Part shown: positions 40,898 through 51,117 of the stretch, in pieces | Numbering within the stretch: position 1 is the first letter of the stretch | How the letters are laid out: each line of letters starts with the position of its first letter | Notes under the pieces: generated by a model | Database searches by the model: none | Seen by the model: only the letters and a program-made list of their open reading frames with translations | Told to the model about the DNA's origin: nothing | Program-made: the position numbers and the translations under genes | Assembly: GCA_964345035.1 (NCBI GenBank) | Contig: CAYFPO010000003.1 | Coordinates: 6,800 to 70,799, forward strand | Source: an uncultured bacterium | Lineage (GTDB): Bacteria; Fidelibacterota; Marinisomatia; SCGC-AAA003-L08; GCA-002704045 | DNA length: 64,000 bases | Direction of reading: 5' to 3'

Positions 40898-42020
40898 ATG
40901 AAAGATTTATATCAACTTAATGAATTATTTCAAGCCTGTAAGGATAAATACAAGGAATTGAGAGGCTATCTTTGACCTGAATAATCTTATAATTGAGAAG
41001 GAAAAATTAGAATCAAAAACAGTTTCTCCGGAATTTTGGAACAATAGAGTTTCCGCCCAAAAAATATTAAAAAAAATCCAAGTTATAGATAATGAAATCA
41101 ATATCTGGAAAAATTTGGAAGATGAATTTAATGAAATTAAAATCTATAATGAATTGCTGGAAATTGAAGAGAAACCGGATCCTGATTATGAGAATGCTTT
41201 ATTAAAGTTTTCCAAAAATCTGGAAAATATTGAAATAAGAAAACTTCTTAACCACAAAGACGATTCCAGGTCAGCCATTCTTACTATTCATCCCGGAGCT
41301 GGAGGGACTGAATCACAGGATTGGGCTAAAATGCTACTTAGATTATATACTCGATGGTGTGAAAGGTCTGGATATAAGATTAAAATTTTAGATTTTCTTG
41401 ATGGTGACATTGCAGGTATAAAAGATGTTACGATGGAAGTGACTGGTGATTTTGCCTATGGTTACTTGAAATCAGAAGGGGGAGTTCATAGATTAGTTCG
41501 TATTTCACCCTTTGACAGTAATTCTAAGCGGCATACCTCATTTGCTTCAGTTTTTGTATATCCTGTAGTGGAAGATGGTGTTGAAATTGACATTGATGAT
41601 AAAGATATACGAATTGATACATATCGCGCTAGTGGTGCTGGAGGGCAGCACGTAAATAAAACCGATTCTGCAATTAGAATTACTCATATACCAACAAATA
41701 TTGTAGTTCAATGTCAAAATGAAAGAAGTCAACTTAAAAACAAGAATACTGCGTTAAAAATGTTAAAAGCAAAATTATACCAGGAAAAATTAAATGAACA
41801 AATCAAAGAAAAAGAAAAATTGGAACAACAAAAACTGGATATTGGATGGGGTAGTCAGATTAGGTCATATATATTCCATCCTTACAATTTAGTAAAAGAC
41901 CATCGTACTGATATTGAAGCAGGGAATGTTTCAGCTGTAATGGATGGTGATATTGATAATTTTATAAGAGCATTTTTACTGGAAAAACTTAAAAAATCGC
42001 AACATGCAAAATCTAAATAA
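40898..42020 (+). CDS. prfB: Peptide chain release factor 2, made by a programmed +1 frameshift: join(40898..40972, 40974..42020)
   Basis: The 25-codon leader MKDLYQLNELFQACKDKYKELRGYL ends at CTT TGA C. The +1 frame continues DLNNLIIEKEKLESKTVSPEFWNN..., followed by the SPF and GGQ motifs. Confidence 0.9.
40961..40976 (+). promoter_or_regulatory. prfB: prfB autoregulatory +1 frameshift site (internal SD-like AGAGG, then TAT CTT TGA C)
   Basis: The sequence AGAGGCTATCTTTGAC closely matches the E. coli site AGGGGGTATCTTTGAC. The in-frame TGA is at 40973-40975. Confidence 0.85.
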
Positions 42021-43497
42021 AAGCTTACAACAAGTAATGAAATTTCGGATTGAAAAACTTAGTAAAATCCGTGAAGCTGGTATTGAGCCTTATCCACATT
42101 GCTATGCAAAATCTCATCAAATATGTGAAATATTAGCGGACCAAGAATCTTTTATGAAGAAATCGGTTCAAATTGCCGGTAGAGTTGTGTCATTACGTAA
42201 AATGGGAAAAGCAGGTTTTGCTCACATCATGGACAGCACCGCAAAAATTCAAGTGTACATTAAAAATGATTTATTAAAACCCGGAGAATACGATAATATA
42301 TTCAGGAATCTTGATATAGGCGATTTTATTGGTATTTCAGGAGAATTATTTACTACAAAAATGGGTGAATTTTCAGTTAAAGCAACTGAATTGATAATTT
42401 TATCAAAAAGCATAAGACCTTTACCTAATTTAAAGGAAAAAGATGGTAAGGTGTTTTTCAGCTTTGATGATAAGGAATTAAGATACAGGTATAGGCATTT
42501 AGATTTGATTGCAAATACTGAAGTTAAAGAAACTTTTAAAAAAAGAGCAAAAATCATAAATGAGGTAAGATATTACCTTGATTCTAATGGATTTACAGAA
42601 GTTGAAACACCTGTATTACAACCAGTGTATGGCGGTGCATTTGCAAGACCATTTACAACTCACCACAACGCATTAAATCAACCATTATTTTTGCGGATTG
42701 CGGATGAATTATATTTAAAAAGGCTAATCATAGGTGGTTTTGAAAAAGTGTATGAAATTGGAAAAGATTTTAGAAATGAGGGTATTGATAAAAACCATAA
42801 TCCGGAATTTACAATGTTGGAATTTTACCAGGCCTATGCAGATGTGTATCAAATGTCATCATTTGTTGAAAGTTTGATCCATCATCTTGCACATGTTACT
42901 CAGGTTAATACTTTGAATTTAAATGATGAAATAATCCCTTTAGATAAAAAATTTGATAAAATTGATTTTTTCAATGCAATTGAGAACATAGTAAATGTGA
43001 AAATAAAAGATTATAATAAGAAAAAATTAGAAGAATTTGCAAAGTCATATAATGTGGAATATGAAAAAAATATTAAAAAAGGCAAATTACTTGATAAAAT
43101 CTTTAGTACTCTGGTTGAGCCTACTTTACTGCATCCAACCTTTGTATTTAATTATCCAAAGGAACTTTCACCATTGGCTAAAAATAGCCGTAACAAAGAA
43201 GTAGGCATTGTAGAAAGATTTGAATTATTTATCGGTGGAATGGAAATTGCTAATTCTTTTACTGAATTGAATGATCCTATTGATCAACGTGCTCGATTTG
43301 AGGAACAAGCAGATCTTAAAATGCAGGGAGATGATGAAGCACAAGAAATAGATGAAAATTTTCTTGAAGCAATGGAATGTGGTATGCCGCCAACAGGAGG
43401 TGTAGGAATTGGTATTGACAGATTAGTGATGCTCTTTACTGGCAAATCGAATATAAAAGATGTTATTTTATTTCCTGCCTTACGTTCTGAGGTGTAG
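42004..43497 (+). CDS. lysS: Lysyl-tRNA synthetase, class II
   Basis: OB-fold N-terminal domain, YRYRHLDL, FRNEGID..HNPEFTMLE and GGVGIGIDRLVM motifs. Confidence 0.95.
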   Translation: MQNLNKSLQQVMKFRIEKLSKIREAGIEPYPHCYAKSHQICEILADQESFMKKSVQIAGRVVSLRKMGKAGFAHIMDSTAKIQVYIKNDLLKPGEYDNIFRNLDIGDFIGISGELFTTKMGEFSVKATELIILSKSIRPLPNLKEKDGKVFFSFDDKELRYRYRHLDLIANTEVKETFKKRAKIINEVRYYLDSNGFTEVETPVLQPVYGGAFARPFTTHHNALNQPLFLRIADELYLKRLIIGGFEKVYEIGKDFRNEGIDKNHNPEFTMLEFYQAYADVYQMSSFVESLIHHLAHVTQVNTLNLNDEIIPLDKKFDKIDFFNAIENIVNVKIKDYNKKKLEEFAKSYNVEYEKNIKKGKLLDKIFSTLVEPTLLHPTFVFNYPKELSPLAKNSRNKEVGIVERFELFIGGMEIANSFTELNDPIDQRARFEEQADLKMQGDDEAQEIDENFLEAMECGMPPTGGVGIGIDRLVMLFTGKSNIKDVILFPALRSEV

Positions 43498-44724
43498 GTG
43501 CTGACCCTGCCAAGTATTGCATTTCGCCAACTTACTACCAAACATTCCTATGAATTAATATCATTTACTAGTTTTGCCAGTATTATTGGATTAATATTAG
43601 GTGTCGCAGCATTGTTACTTGTTGATTCCTTTACAAATGGCTTTTCCAGTGCGATCGAAGGAAAACTTGCCGCAATAGATGGACATATACGTGTAACAAA
43701 ATTTACATCAGCTATTGATGAAGGAATTAATCCTGGAGAATCTGCATATTTAGACTCTGTTTTTAATACAATCTCTCAGTCGTCGATAAAATCGCCTTAT
43801 ATTACTAATAATGGTTTTATAAAAAAAAACAATACAATTGAAAGTGCTTATGTCTATGGCATTGAGAATTCAGCTTTATTGAATATATTTAACATCAATC
43901 AATTTATAACTGAGGGTAGTGAGCAATTTAATAACCAACATAATATAATATTAGGTAAAAAATTGGCTGATATATTAAATGTTAAAATTGGGGATAAAAT
44001 TCATTTGTTGGATATTGAGCCCTTAATTGAAACAGGATTATTTCTACCAAATAATTTTAATATAACCGGAACAATAACTACTGGTTTCCCGGAGTACGAT
44101 CAAGTATTAGCATTCATACCATTACGATCAGCACAAAAAGTATTTTCATATCAAAACAATGTTACCGGTTATATAGTGAACCTTGATAATATTAACGAAA
44201 TACCTGATGTTGTAGATTATCTAAATTCATCTTTGTATCAATATCCATTTATTGTTTCTTCATGGGAAGAAAGACATTTAACCTTAATCAAATGGTTACA
44301 AGTGTATCATGTTCCTATTCAATTAATTATTATTTTCATTACCATAATTGCTATTTGCAATATTGGAGTAAATTTATGGATGATGGTGCTTGAAAAAACT
44401 AGAGAAATCGGAATTTTAAGATCATTCGGTTTTACAAAAAGTATGATTAGAAATATGTTTATTTATCAAGGAATATACATTGGTATTATTGGAACAACAA
44501 TTGGCACTCTATTAGGAATATTAATTTCAGAATTACAAAGTAAATTTCAAATTATTTCTCTTTCAACCGATGTGTATTTTATGGAACAACTCAATCCGGT
44601 TTATAATTGGAATCATTTATTGATGGTCATGGTAATAACACCATTGTTAACTATACTAATGTCTTTGATACCTGGGTGGCGAGCTTCAAATATTATACCT
44701 GCAGATGCATTGAAATACGAATGA
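43498..44724 (+). CDS. Lipoprotein-releasing ABC transporter permease (LolC/E family, FtsX-like)
   Basis: N-terminus IAFRQL..K, a large periplasmic MacB-like domain, the C-terminal FtsX 3-TM module and ...PADALKYE. Confidence 0.8.
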   Translation: MLTLPSIAFRQLTTKHSYELISFTSFASIIGLILGVAALLLVDSFTNGFSSAIEGKLAAIDGHIRVTKFTSAIDEGINPGESAYLDSVFNTISQSSIKSPYITNNGFIKKNNTIESAYVYGIENSALLNIFNINQFITEGSEQFNNQHNIILGKKLADILNVKIGDKIHLLDIEPLIETGLFLPNNFNITGTITTGFPEYDQVLAFIPLRSAQKVFSYQNNVTGYIVNLDNINEIPDVVDYLNSSLYQYPFIVSSWEERHLTLIKWLQVYHVPIQLIIIFITIIAICNIGVNLWMMVLEKTREIGILRSFGFTKSMIRNMFIYQGIYIGIIGTTIGTLLGILISELQSKFQIISLSTDVYFMEQLNPVYNWNHLLMVMVITPLLTILMSLIPGWRASNIIPADALKYE

Positions 44725-45893
44725 ATGAATTAAAATTATCATGGAATTTATTTTCAATTAAACCTAAAAAAGATAGGTATAATTTTGCATTATTTATACC
44801 CTTTTTGGGAATCAGCACAGGTATTTTTTTACTGTTAATCACCTTCGGTATTATGGAAGGAATGGAGAAGACCATTTATACTGATCTCCAAAAATTTCTA
44901 TCTAGTGAAAAATTACTGCTAAATAATTTTTCTAAATCAAATATTAAAGAGATATCTACAATTTTAGAAAATGATAATGTAAGTTTTTACAGAACCCTGG
45001 AAAGAAAATGTATAATTAAAAATGCCGCTGATCATAGATTAATTGATATAAGAGCTATTGAGAAATTAGATACTTATATCAAAAATAATTTTAGTATTGA
45101 CATTAATCAATCGTCTGATAATCCAAGTATAATTATAGGCTCCGGATTATCCAATTTATTAAATATTTCACAATCAAATATTATAGAGTTATTTTCACCG
45201 TCAGATATCAATCTATTTACATCTATTCCGCCAAATGAAAAATTTACTGTAGAAAAACCATATGATTATTTATTACTGGACTTTGATACTAATTATGGAT
45301 TTATTTCTTTAAATGATGGTAGACGACTATTTAAAAATAGTGGAAATGATTATCTCTATTTTCAGAATGAATTGTCAGATGAAACAAAAGAAATCATATT
45401 AAATAAGTTTCCCGAATCTCAATTTATTAAATGGAAAAAAGATTACCATGAATTAATTGAAGCGATGCGAATGGAAAAAATTCTATATTCATTTTTTGGA
45501 ATTATAATTATTATTCTTGCAAGTTTTACATTAATGAATATAATGAGTAATACAATTTATAGAAAAATTCATCAATTTGGGATTTTAAAAGTAATGGGTT
45601 TTACGCAAAAACAAATACAAAATTTTACTTTGCAATATTCACTGCTTACAGGAATTATATCAATTTCATTCGGAATAATATTATCATTAATATTTGTTGA
45701 TTTGGATAACCGTTTTCATATTTTACAACAATTATTTAAGGAAATGCTAATTGTAGAATTTAATATATTCCTGGATCCAATGAAGATGTTTATTGCCTCT
45801 TTATGTGGAATAATTATTGTTTCTTTATCAGCATTTTATCCTACTTACTCAACTGGTAAGCTGAAAATAATAAACACATTAGATAATTTTTAA
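44721..45893 (+). CDS. Second FtsX-like ABC permease (LolE-like paralogue)
   Basis: Same architecture as the preceding gene. ATG 44721 forms an ATGA overlap with the upstream stop; the ORF track starts at 44607. Confidence 0.7.
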   Translation: MNELKLSWNLFSIKPKKDRYNFALFIPFLGISTGIFLLLITFGIMEGMEKTIYTDLQKFLSSEKLLLNNFSKSNIKEISTILENDNVSFYRTLERKCIIKNAADHRLIDIRAIEKLDTYIKNNFSIDINQSSDNPSIIIGSGLSNLLNISQSNIIELFSPSDINLFTSIPPNEKFTVEKPYDYLLLDFDTNYGFISLNDGRRLFKNSGNDYLYFQNELSDETKEIILNKFPESQFIKWKKDYHELIEAMRMEKILYSFFGIIIIILASFTLMNIMSNTIYRKIHQFGILKVMGFTQKQIQNFTLQYSLLTGIISISFGIILSLIFVDLDNRFHILQQLFKEMLIVEFNIFLDPMKMFIASLCGIIIVSLSAFYPTYSTGKLKIINTLDNF

Positions 45894-45894
45894 A

Positions 45895-46584
45895 TTGAAC
45901 TACATACTAAAAGCTAATAATATATTTAAATCTTATAAGAATGGAGAAAATAATATCCAAGTGTTGGATTCTTTATCTCTGTCTGTTCTTCCGGGAGAGA
46001 TAGTAGCTATTCACGGACCATCTGGATCTGGTAAATCAACTCTTTTGAATATCTTAGGATTATTGGATAAATTGGATAATGGCAGCTTAGTATTGGATGA
46101 ACTAATAATTAATAATCAAACCCTCAATAGATCCAATTTAAGACATAAAAAGGTTGGTTTTATTTTTCAATTTCATCATTTATTGCCTGAATTTACTGTA
46201 TTAGAAAATTTACTGATACCGCAAATGCTGAATGATTTGGTTGAAAAGAAAAAAAAAGAAAATGCTTTAAATTATTTAAAATTACTGGGTATTTATAATC
46301 ATCGAAATAAGTATCCATCCCAACTGTCCGGAGGTGAAAGACAACGAGTTTCAGTAGTCAGATCAGTCATAAATAACCCAAAAATAATATTGGCAGACGA
46401 ACCAACCGGAAACCTTGATTATGAAAATGGTCAAAAAGTATTAAAATTAATAACCGAATTAAGTAAAAATAATAAAATGACATTTATTATTGCAACCCAT
46501 GATGAAATGGTAAGTAAAATAGCTGATAGAATAATGTATTTAAATAATGGTAAATTATCACAAAAGAAAAAGGTGAATCAATGA
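45895..46584 (+). CDS. lolD: ABC transporter ATP-binding protein (LolD-like)
   Basis: Walker A GPSGSGKST, signature LSGGERQRV and Walker B ILADEPTGNLD; follows the two FtsX permeases. Confidence 0.8.
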   Translation: MNYILKANNIFKSYKNGENNIQVLDSLSLSVLPGEIVAIHGPSGSGKSTLLNILGLLDKLDNGSLVLDELIINNQTLNRSNLRHKKVGFIFQFHHLLPEFTVLENLLIPQMLNDLVEKKKKENALNYLKLLGIYNHRNKYPSQLSGGERQRVSVVRSVINNPKIILADEPTGNLDYENGQKVLKLITELSKNNKMTFIIATHDEMVSKIADRIMYLNNGKLSQKKKVNQ

Positions 46585-49052
46585 AAGAAAATTTTTCCAA
46601 ACGCATCCAAAAAGTATTAAAATTTGCAAAAGAAGAAGCTGTAAGGTTGGGACATAGTTATGTGGGCTCTGAACATCTTCTTTTAGGTATTATTAAAGAT
46701 GTAGATGGAAAAGCTGTCCAAGTGTTATCTTCCATCGGATTTGATGTAGGTGAAATGAAATTGATGATTGAAGACCTGGTAAAACCCTCAGGTGGTACTA
46801 TGACATTAGGTCACTTGCCTCTGACAAGGCGTGCTGAGCGTATTTTACGAAACACTTATGGTGAAGCTCAAAAAATGGGGAAGAAAATAGCTGAAGATGT
46901 CCATTTATTATTAGCAATAGCCAATGAAGCAGATGGATTGGCTTCTGATATTTTTGCTACTTTCTCAATAGAATATGATCTTTTGTATACATTTATCGAG
47001 ACATCATCACATCCTTATTCAAAAAAAGCAGAAAAAAAGAAAAAATCTAATACACCAACATTAGATCTCTTTAGTAGAAACATTTCCAAACTTGCTGAAG
47101 AGAATAAACTTGATCCTGTAATTGGAAGAGATTTAGAAATTGAAAGAGTTGCACAGATTCTGTCAAGGAGAAAGAAAAATAATCCAGTTTTAATCGGTGA
47201 ACCCGGGGTTGGCAAAACAGCTATAGTGGAAGGGTTGGCCATACGAATCAACGAGAACACGGTTCCAAGAATACTATGGAAACAAAGAGTACTTGCCTTA
47301 GATCTTGCTGGTATTATAGCTGGCACAAAATACCGTGGACAGTTTGAAGAAAGAATGCGCACCCTTATGATTGAATTGGAATCTGCATCTGAAATTATTG
47401 TATTTATAGATGAATTACATACACTTGTCGGTGCTGGCAGCGCCACGGGGTCACTTGATGCTGCGAACATGTTTAAACCAGCCCTCGCTCGAGGAGAAAT
47501 CCAGGTTGTTGGAGCTACTACTCTCGACGAATATAGAAAACATATAGAAAAAGACGGTGCACTTGAGAGGAGGTTCCAAAAAATAATGATCAATCCGCCG
47601 TCAATAGATGATACCATAAAAATACTGGAAGGTTTAAGACAAAAATATGAAGAACATCATAACATACATTATTCTGATGAGGCGATAAAAGCCTGCGTTG
47701 ATTTAAGTGAAAGATACATTACTGACAAATATCTTCCCGACAAGGCTATTGATGTTCTGGATGAAGTAGGGTCACGAGTTCATATCAACAATATTAATGT
47801 ACCTGATTCTATTTTAAAGTTGGAAAGAAAAGTAACAAAAATTCAGAAAGATAAAGAAAAGGTTATATATAAACAGGATTTTGAAAAAGCAGCAGAGCTC
47901 AGAGATACTGAAAAAAAAATACTTCATAAATTAAATAATCTGCAGAAAAGGTGGGTTTCTGATGATGATAACCAATTACCTATTGTGGATGAAGATGAAG
48001 TTTCAAACGTGATCTCCATGATAACCGGGATTCCTGTGCAAAAGGTTGCAGAATCAGAAACTGAAAGATTGATACATATGCCCGATGAAATAAGTAAATC
48101 AATAATTGGTCAGAACGAGGCAATAAAATCAATTTCTAAAGCAATAATGAGAAGCAGATCAGGGTTTGATAATCCCAGGCGGCCTATTGGTTCTTTTATG
48201 TTTCTGGGAGCGACTGGTGTCGGAAAAACAGAATTGGCAAAAGTTTTGGCACGATATTTATTTAATAATGATGAAGCGTTGGTTAAAATAGATATGTCCG
48301 AGTATATGGAAAGATATAATGTATCACGTTTAATAGGAGCTCCACCAGGCTATGTGGGATATGATGAAGGTGGGCAATTGACTGAAAGAGTTCGTAGAAC
48401 TCCATATTCTGTAGTTTTATTTGATGAGATTGAAAAAGCACATAGAGATGTATTTAATATTTTATTGCAAATTTTAGATGAGGGTTGGATAACTGATAGT
48501 CTTGGAAGACGAGTTGATTTTAGAAATACAATCATTATTTTGACATCCAATTTAGGTACAGGTACTATTAGTTCTACCTCATTTGGTTTTGTTAAAAAAG
48601 GAGACATAAATGAACAGGAAAATATTGAATCGGACATTATGTCGGAGGTATTTAAGAATTTCAATCCAGAATTTTTAAACAGGCTTGATGAATTAATTAT
48701 CTTTAATTCACTATCAAAAAGTGATTTATTCCAAATAGTTGATTTATTAATGGTTGATTTAAAAAATAATTTAGATCACAAAAACATTAAATTAAATGTT
48801 ACAAAAACAGCCAAAGAATATATTACCAGAGAGATAGATCATCGAGAGTGGGGTGCACGGCCATTGAGAAGGATAATACAAAATTCAATTGAAAATGTAA
48901 TTGCTGAAAAATTCCTTACAGGTGAATTTATTGAAACTGGAAAAATTACAATTAAAGCATCAGGTGGAAAGTTAAAATTTGATCAAAGCAAAGTTAAAAA
49001 AACAAAAAAAGATAAAATATCTGCTGGTTTTCCGATGAAAGAGACCGGGTAG
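46581..49052 (+). CDS. clpC: ATP-dependent Clp protease ATP-binding subunit, ClpC-type (two AAA+ modules, Clp_N repeats, UVR-like motif)
   Basis: Clp_N repeat (GHSYVGSEHLLLGI, then VHLLLAI), GEPGVGKTA, the UVR-like QDFEKAAELRD and the second Walker A GATGVGKTE. Confidence 0.9.
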   Translation: MKENFSKRIQKVLKFAKEEAVRLGHSYVGSEHLLLGIIKDVDGKAVQVLSSIGFDVGEMKLMIEDLVKPSGGTMTLGHLPLTRRAERILRNTYGEAQKMGKKIAEDVHLLLAIANEADGLASDIFATFSIEYDLLYTFIETSSHPYSKKAEKKKKSNTPTLDLFSRNISKLAEENKLDPVIGRDLEIERVAQILSRRKKNNPVLIGEPGVGKTAIVEGLAIRINENTVPRILWKQRVLALDLAGIIAGTKYRGQFEERMRTLMIELESASEIIVFIDELHTLVGAGSATGSLDAANMFKPALARGEIQVVGATTLDEYRKHIEKDGALERRFQKIMINPPSIDDTIKILEGLRQKYEEHHNIHYSDEAIKACVDLSERYITDKYLPDKAIDVLDEVGSRVHINNINVPDSILKLERKVTKIQKDKEKVIYKQDFEKAAELRDTEKKILHKLNNLQKRWVSDDDNQLPIVDEDEVSNVISMITGIPVQKVAESETERLIHMPDEISKSIIGQNEAIKSISKAIMRSRSGFDNPRRPIGSFMFLGATGVGKTELAKVLARYLFNNDEALVKIDMSEYMERYNVSRLIGAPPGYVGYDEGGQLTERVRRTPYSVVLFDEIEKAHRDVFNILLQILDEGWITDSLGRRVDFRNTIIILTSNLGTGTISSTSFGFVKKGDINEQENIESDIMSEVFKNFNPEFLNRLDELIIFNSLSKSDLFQIVDLLMVDLKNNLDHKNIKLNVTKTAKEYITREIDHREWGARPLRRIIQNSIENVIAEKFLTGEFIETGKITIKASGGKLKFDQSKVKKTKKDKISAGFPMKETG

Positions 49053-49128
49053 TATGACATATCGTCTGATTTTACTATTCGGCATAATTATTGACTGTTA
49101 TGTTGAAAATATTAATTCGGAGAACTAA

Positions 49129-51027
49129 ATGGGAAAAATAATTGGAATAGATTTAGGAACTACAAATTCTTGTGTGGCAGTAATGGAAGGTGGTACACCT
49201 ACAGTAATTCAAAATAGTGAGGGTGGAAGAACCACTCCTTCTGTAGTCGCATTCACAAAGGACGGTGATCGTCTCGTTGGACAATCTGCTAAACGTCAGG
49301 CAGTTACCAATCCTGAAAATACCATCTTTTCATCAAAACGATTTGTAGGCAGAAAATTTAACGAAGTATCAGAAGAAATTAAAGAAATCCCTTTTAAAGT
49401 AATCAAAGGGAAAAAAGGTGAGGCTGTAATATCTATTGACGGTAAAGAATACTCTCCACCTGAAATAGCCGCAATGGTGCTGCAAAAAGTAAAACAAACC
49501 GCAGAGGAGTATCTCGGAGAAAAAATAGAAGAAGCAGTAATTACAGTACCGGCATATTTTAATGATTCACAACGTCAGGCAACGAAGGATGCTGGTAAGA
49601 TTGCTGGATTAAACGTCAGAAGAATCATAAATGAACCAACTGCGGCATCTTTAGCATACGGCCTGGATAAGAAAAAAGATGAAACTATTGCAGTATTTGA
49701 TTTAGGCGGTGGAACATTTGATATTTCAATCCTTGAGTTAGGAGATGGTGTTTTTGAAGTTAAATCAACAAATGGTGACACCCATTTAGGCGGAGACGAT
49801 TTTGATCAAGTGATATTAATGTGGCTTGCAGATGAATTTAAAAAATCAGACGGCATTGATCTTAGAAATGACCCAATGGCTCTACAAAGATTAAAAGAGG
49901 CTGCTGAAAAAGCAAAATGTGAATTATCTACATCAAAACAAACAGATATCAACCTTCCATTTATAACTGCTGATGCAAGTGGTCCGAAGCATTTAAATAT
50001 AAATTTTACTAGGGCTAAATTTGAAAACCTTGTCGGAAAATTAGTAGAGCGGACAAAAAAACCATGTGAAAAAGCACTTAAAGATGCTGGTATCACTCCT
50101 GATAAAATTGATGAAGTTATTCTAGTTGGAGGCTCTACAAGAATACCAATGGTTCAAAAGGTTGTTAAGGATTTATTTAAAAAAGAGCCAGGCAAGGGAG
50201 TTAACCCTGATGAGGTTGTTGCTATAGGTGCAGCAATCCAGGGAGGTGTATTAGCTGGAGATGTAGATGATATATTACTTCTTGATGTTACACCGTTAGC
50301 ACTAGGGATAGAAACTCTTGGTGGTGTTTGCACAAAATTGATAGAATCGAATACTACAATTCCTACGAAGAAAACCCAGGTATTTTCTACAGCAGGGGAT
50401 AACCAAACATCAGTTGAAGTACATATATTACAGGGTGAACGAGATATGGCAATTGATAATAAATCTTTGGGTAAATTTCATTTGGATGGTATACCTCCAG
50501 CGCCAAGGGGTATCCCACAAATTGAAGTAGCATTTGATATTGATGCAAATGGAATATTGAATGTCTCAGCCAAAGATAAGGCAACCGGTAAAGAACAGAG
50601 CATTAGAATTGAAGCATCCAGTGGATTAAGTGATAATGAGATAGATAAAATGAAAAAAGATGCTGAAGAACACGCTGAAGAAGATAAGCAGAAATTAGAA
50701 GAAGTTGAAACACATAATACTGCCGAACAACTTATTTATCAAACTGAAAAGCAAATGGAAGAAATGTCTGATAAGATGAATGATAAAGATAAAGAAAATC
50801 TTAAGGATGCAGTTGAAAAACTTAAAAAAGCTAATCAGGGTACAAATATAGATGAAATAAAATCCTCAATTGATGAAATAAATCAAACTTGGAATAAGCT
50901 TTCTGAAAAAATGTACCAAGATGCAAAACAAACTGCCGATACTGCTAATGGTTCAGATGTCAAATCTGACGCAACCAACGATGGAAACATTGAAGACGCT
51001 GACTTTGAGGTTGTTGACGAAAAATAA
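49129..51027 (+). CDS. dnaK: Molecular chaperone DnaK (Hsp70)
   Basis: [23 protein letters not shown] and [11 protein letters not shown] motifs. Confidence 0.97.
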   Translation: MGKIIGIDLGTTNSCVAVMEGGTPTVIQNSEGGRTTPSVVAFTKDGDRLVGQSAKRQAVTNPENTIFSSKRFVGRKFNEVSEEIKEIPFKVIKGKKGEAVISIDGKEYSPPEIAAMVLQKVKQTAEEYLGEKIEEAVITVPAYFNDSQRQATKDAGKIAGLNVRRIINEPTAASLAYGLDKKKDETIAVFDLGGGTFDISILELGDGVFEVKSTNGDTHLGGDDFDQVILMWLADEFKKSDGIDLRNDPMALQRLKEAAEKAKCELSTSKQTDINLPFITADASGPKHLNINFTRAKFENLVGKLVERTKKPCEKALKDAGITPDKIDEVILVGGSTRIPMVQKVVKDLFKKEPGKGVNPDEVVAIGAAIQGGVLAGDVDDILLLDVTPLALGIETLGGVCTKLIESNTTIPTKKTQVFSTAGDNQTSVEVHILQGERDMAIDNKSLGKFHLDGIPPAPRGIPQIEVAFDIDANGILNVSAKDKATGKEQSIRIEASSGLSDNEIDKMKKDAEEHAEEDKQKLEEVETHNTAEQLIYQTEKQMEEMSDKMNDKDKENLKDAVEKLKKANQGTNIDEIKSSIDEINQTWNKLSEKMYQDAKQTADTANGSDVKSDATNDGNIEDADFEVVDEK

Positions 51028-51057
51028 TATATATCGACTTCTACTATAACATTATTA

Positions 51058-51087
51058 AAGCGGATGAAGTAATTTGTCCGCTTTTTT
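51058..51087 (+). terminator. Rho-independent terminator after dnaK
   Basis: A 7-bp stem, AAGCGGA (51058-51064) pairing with TCCGCTT (51077-51083), followed by a T-run to 51087. Confidence 0.6.
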
Positions 51088-51117
51088 ATTGAAACTTTAA
51101 ATATAAATTTCTATTGA

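Noticed and set aside
47015-47617. 200-aa minus-strand ORF inside clpC. Similar long antisense ORFs occur at 39365-39895 (ftsH/folP), 8079-8510 (nuoH), 1784-2254, 23551-23919, 38924-39283 and 30788-31138.
   Set aside because: Each lies entirely opposite a plus-strand gene with unambiguous family motifs. Their translations are low-complexity Ser/Ile/Phe/Asn-rich strings with no recognisable motifs, as expected for the antisense frame of AT-rich coding DNA.
49053-49128. I looked for a CIRCE element or a sigma-32-type heat-shock promoter upstream of dnaK.
   Set aside because: There is no TTAGCACTC-N9-GAGTGCTAA-like inverted repeat. A TTGACT hexamer is present, but the spacing to any TATAAT-like hexamer is poor, so I cannot support a promoter call from sequence alone.
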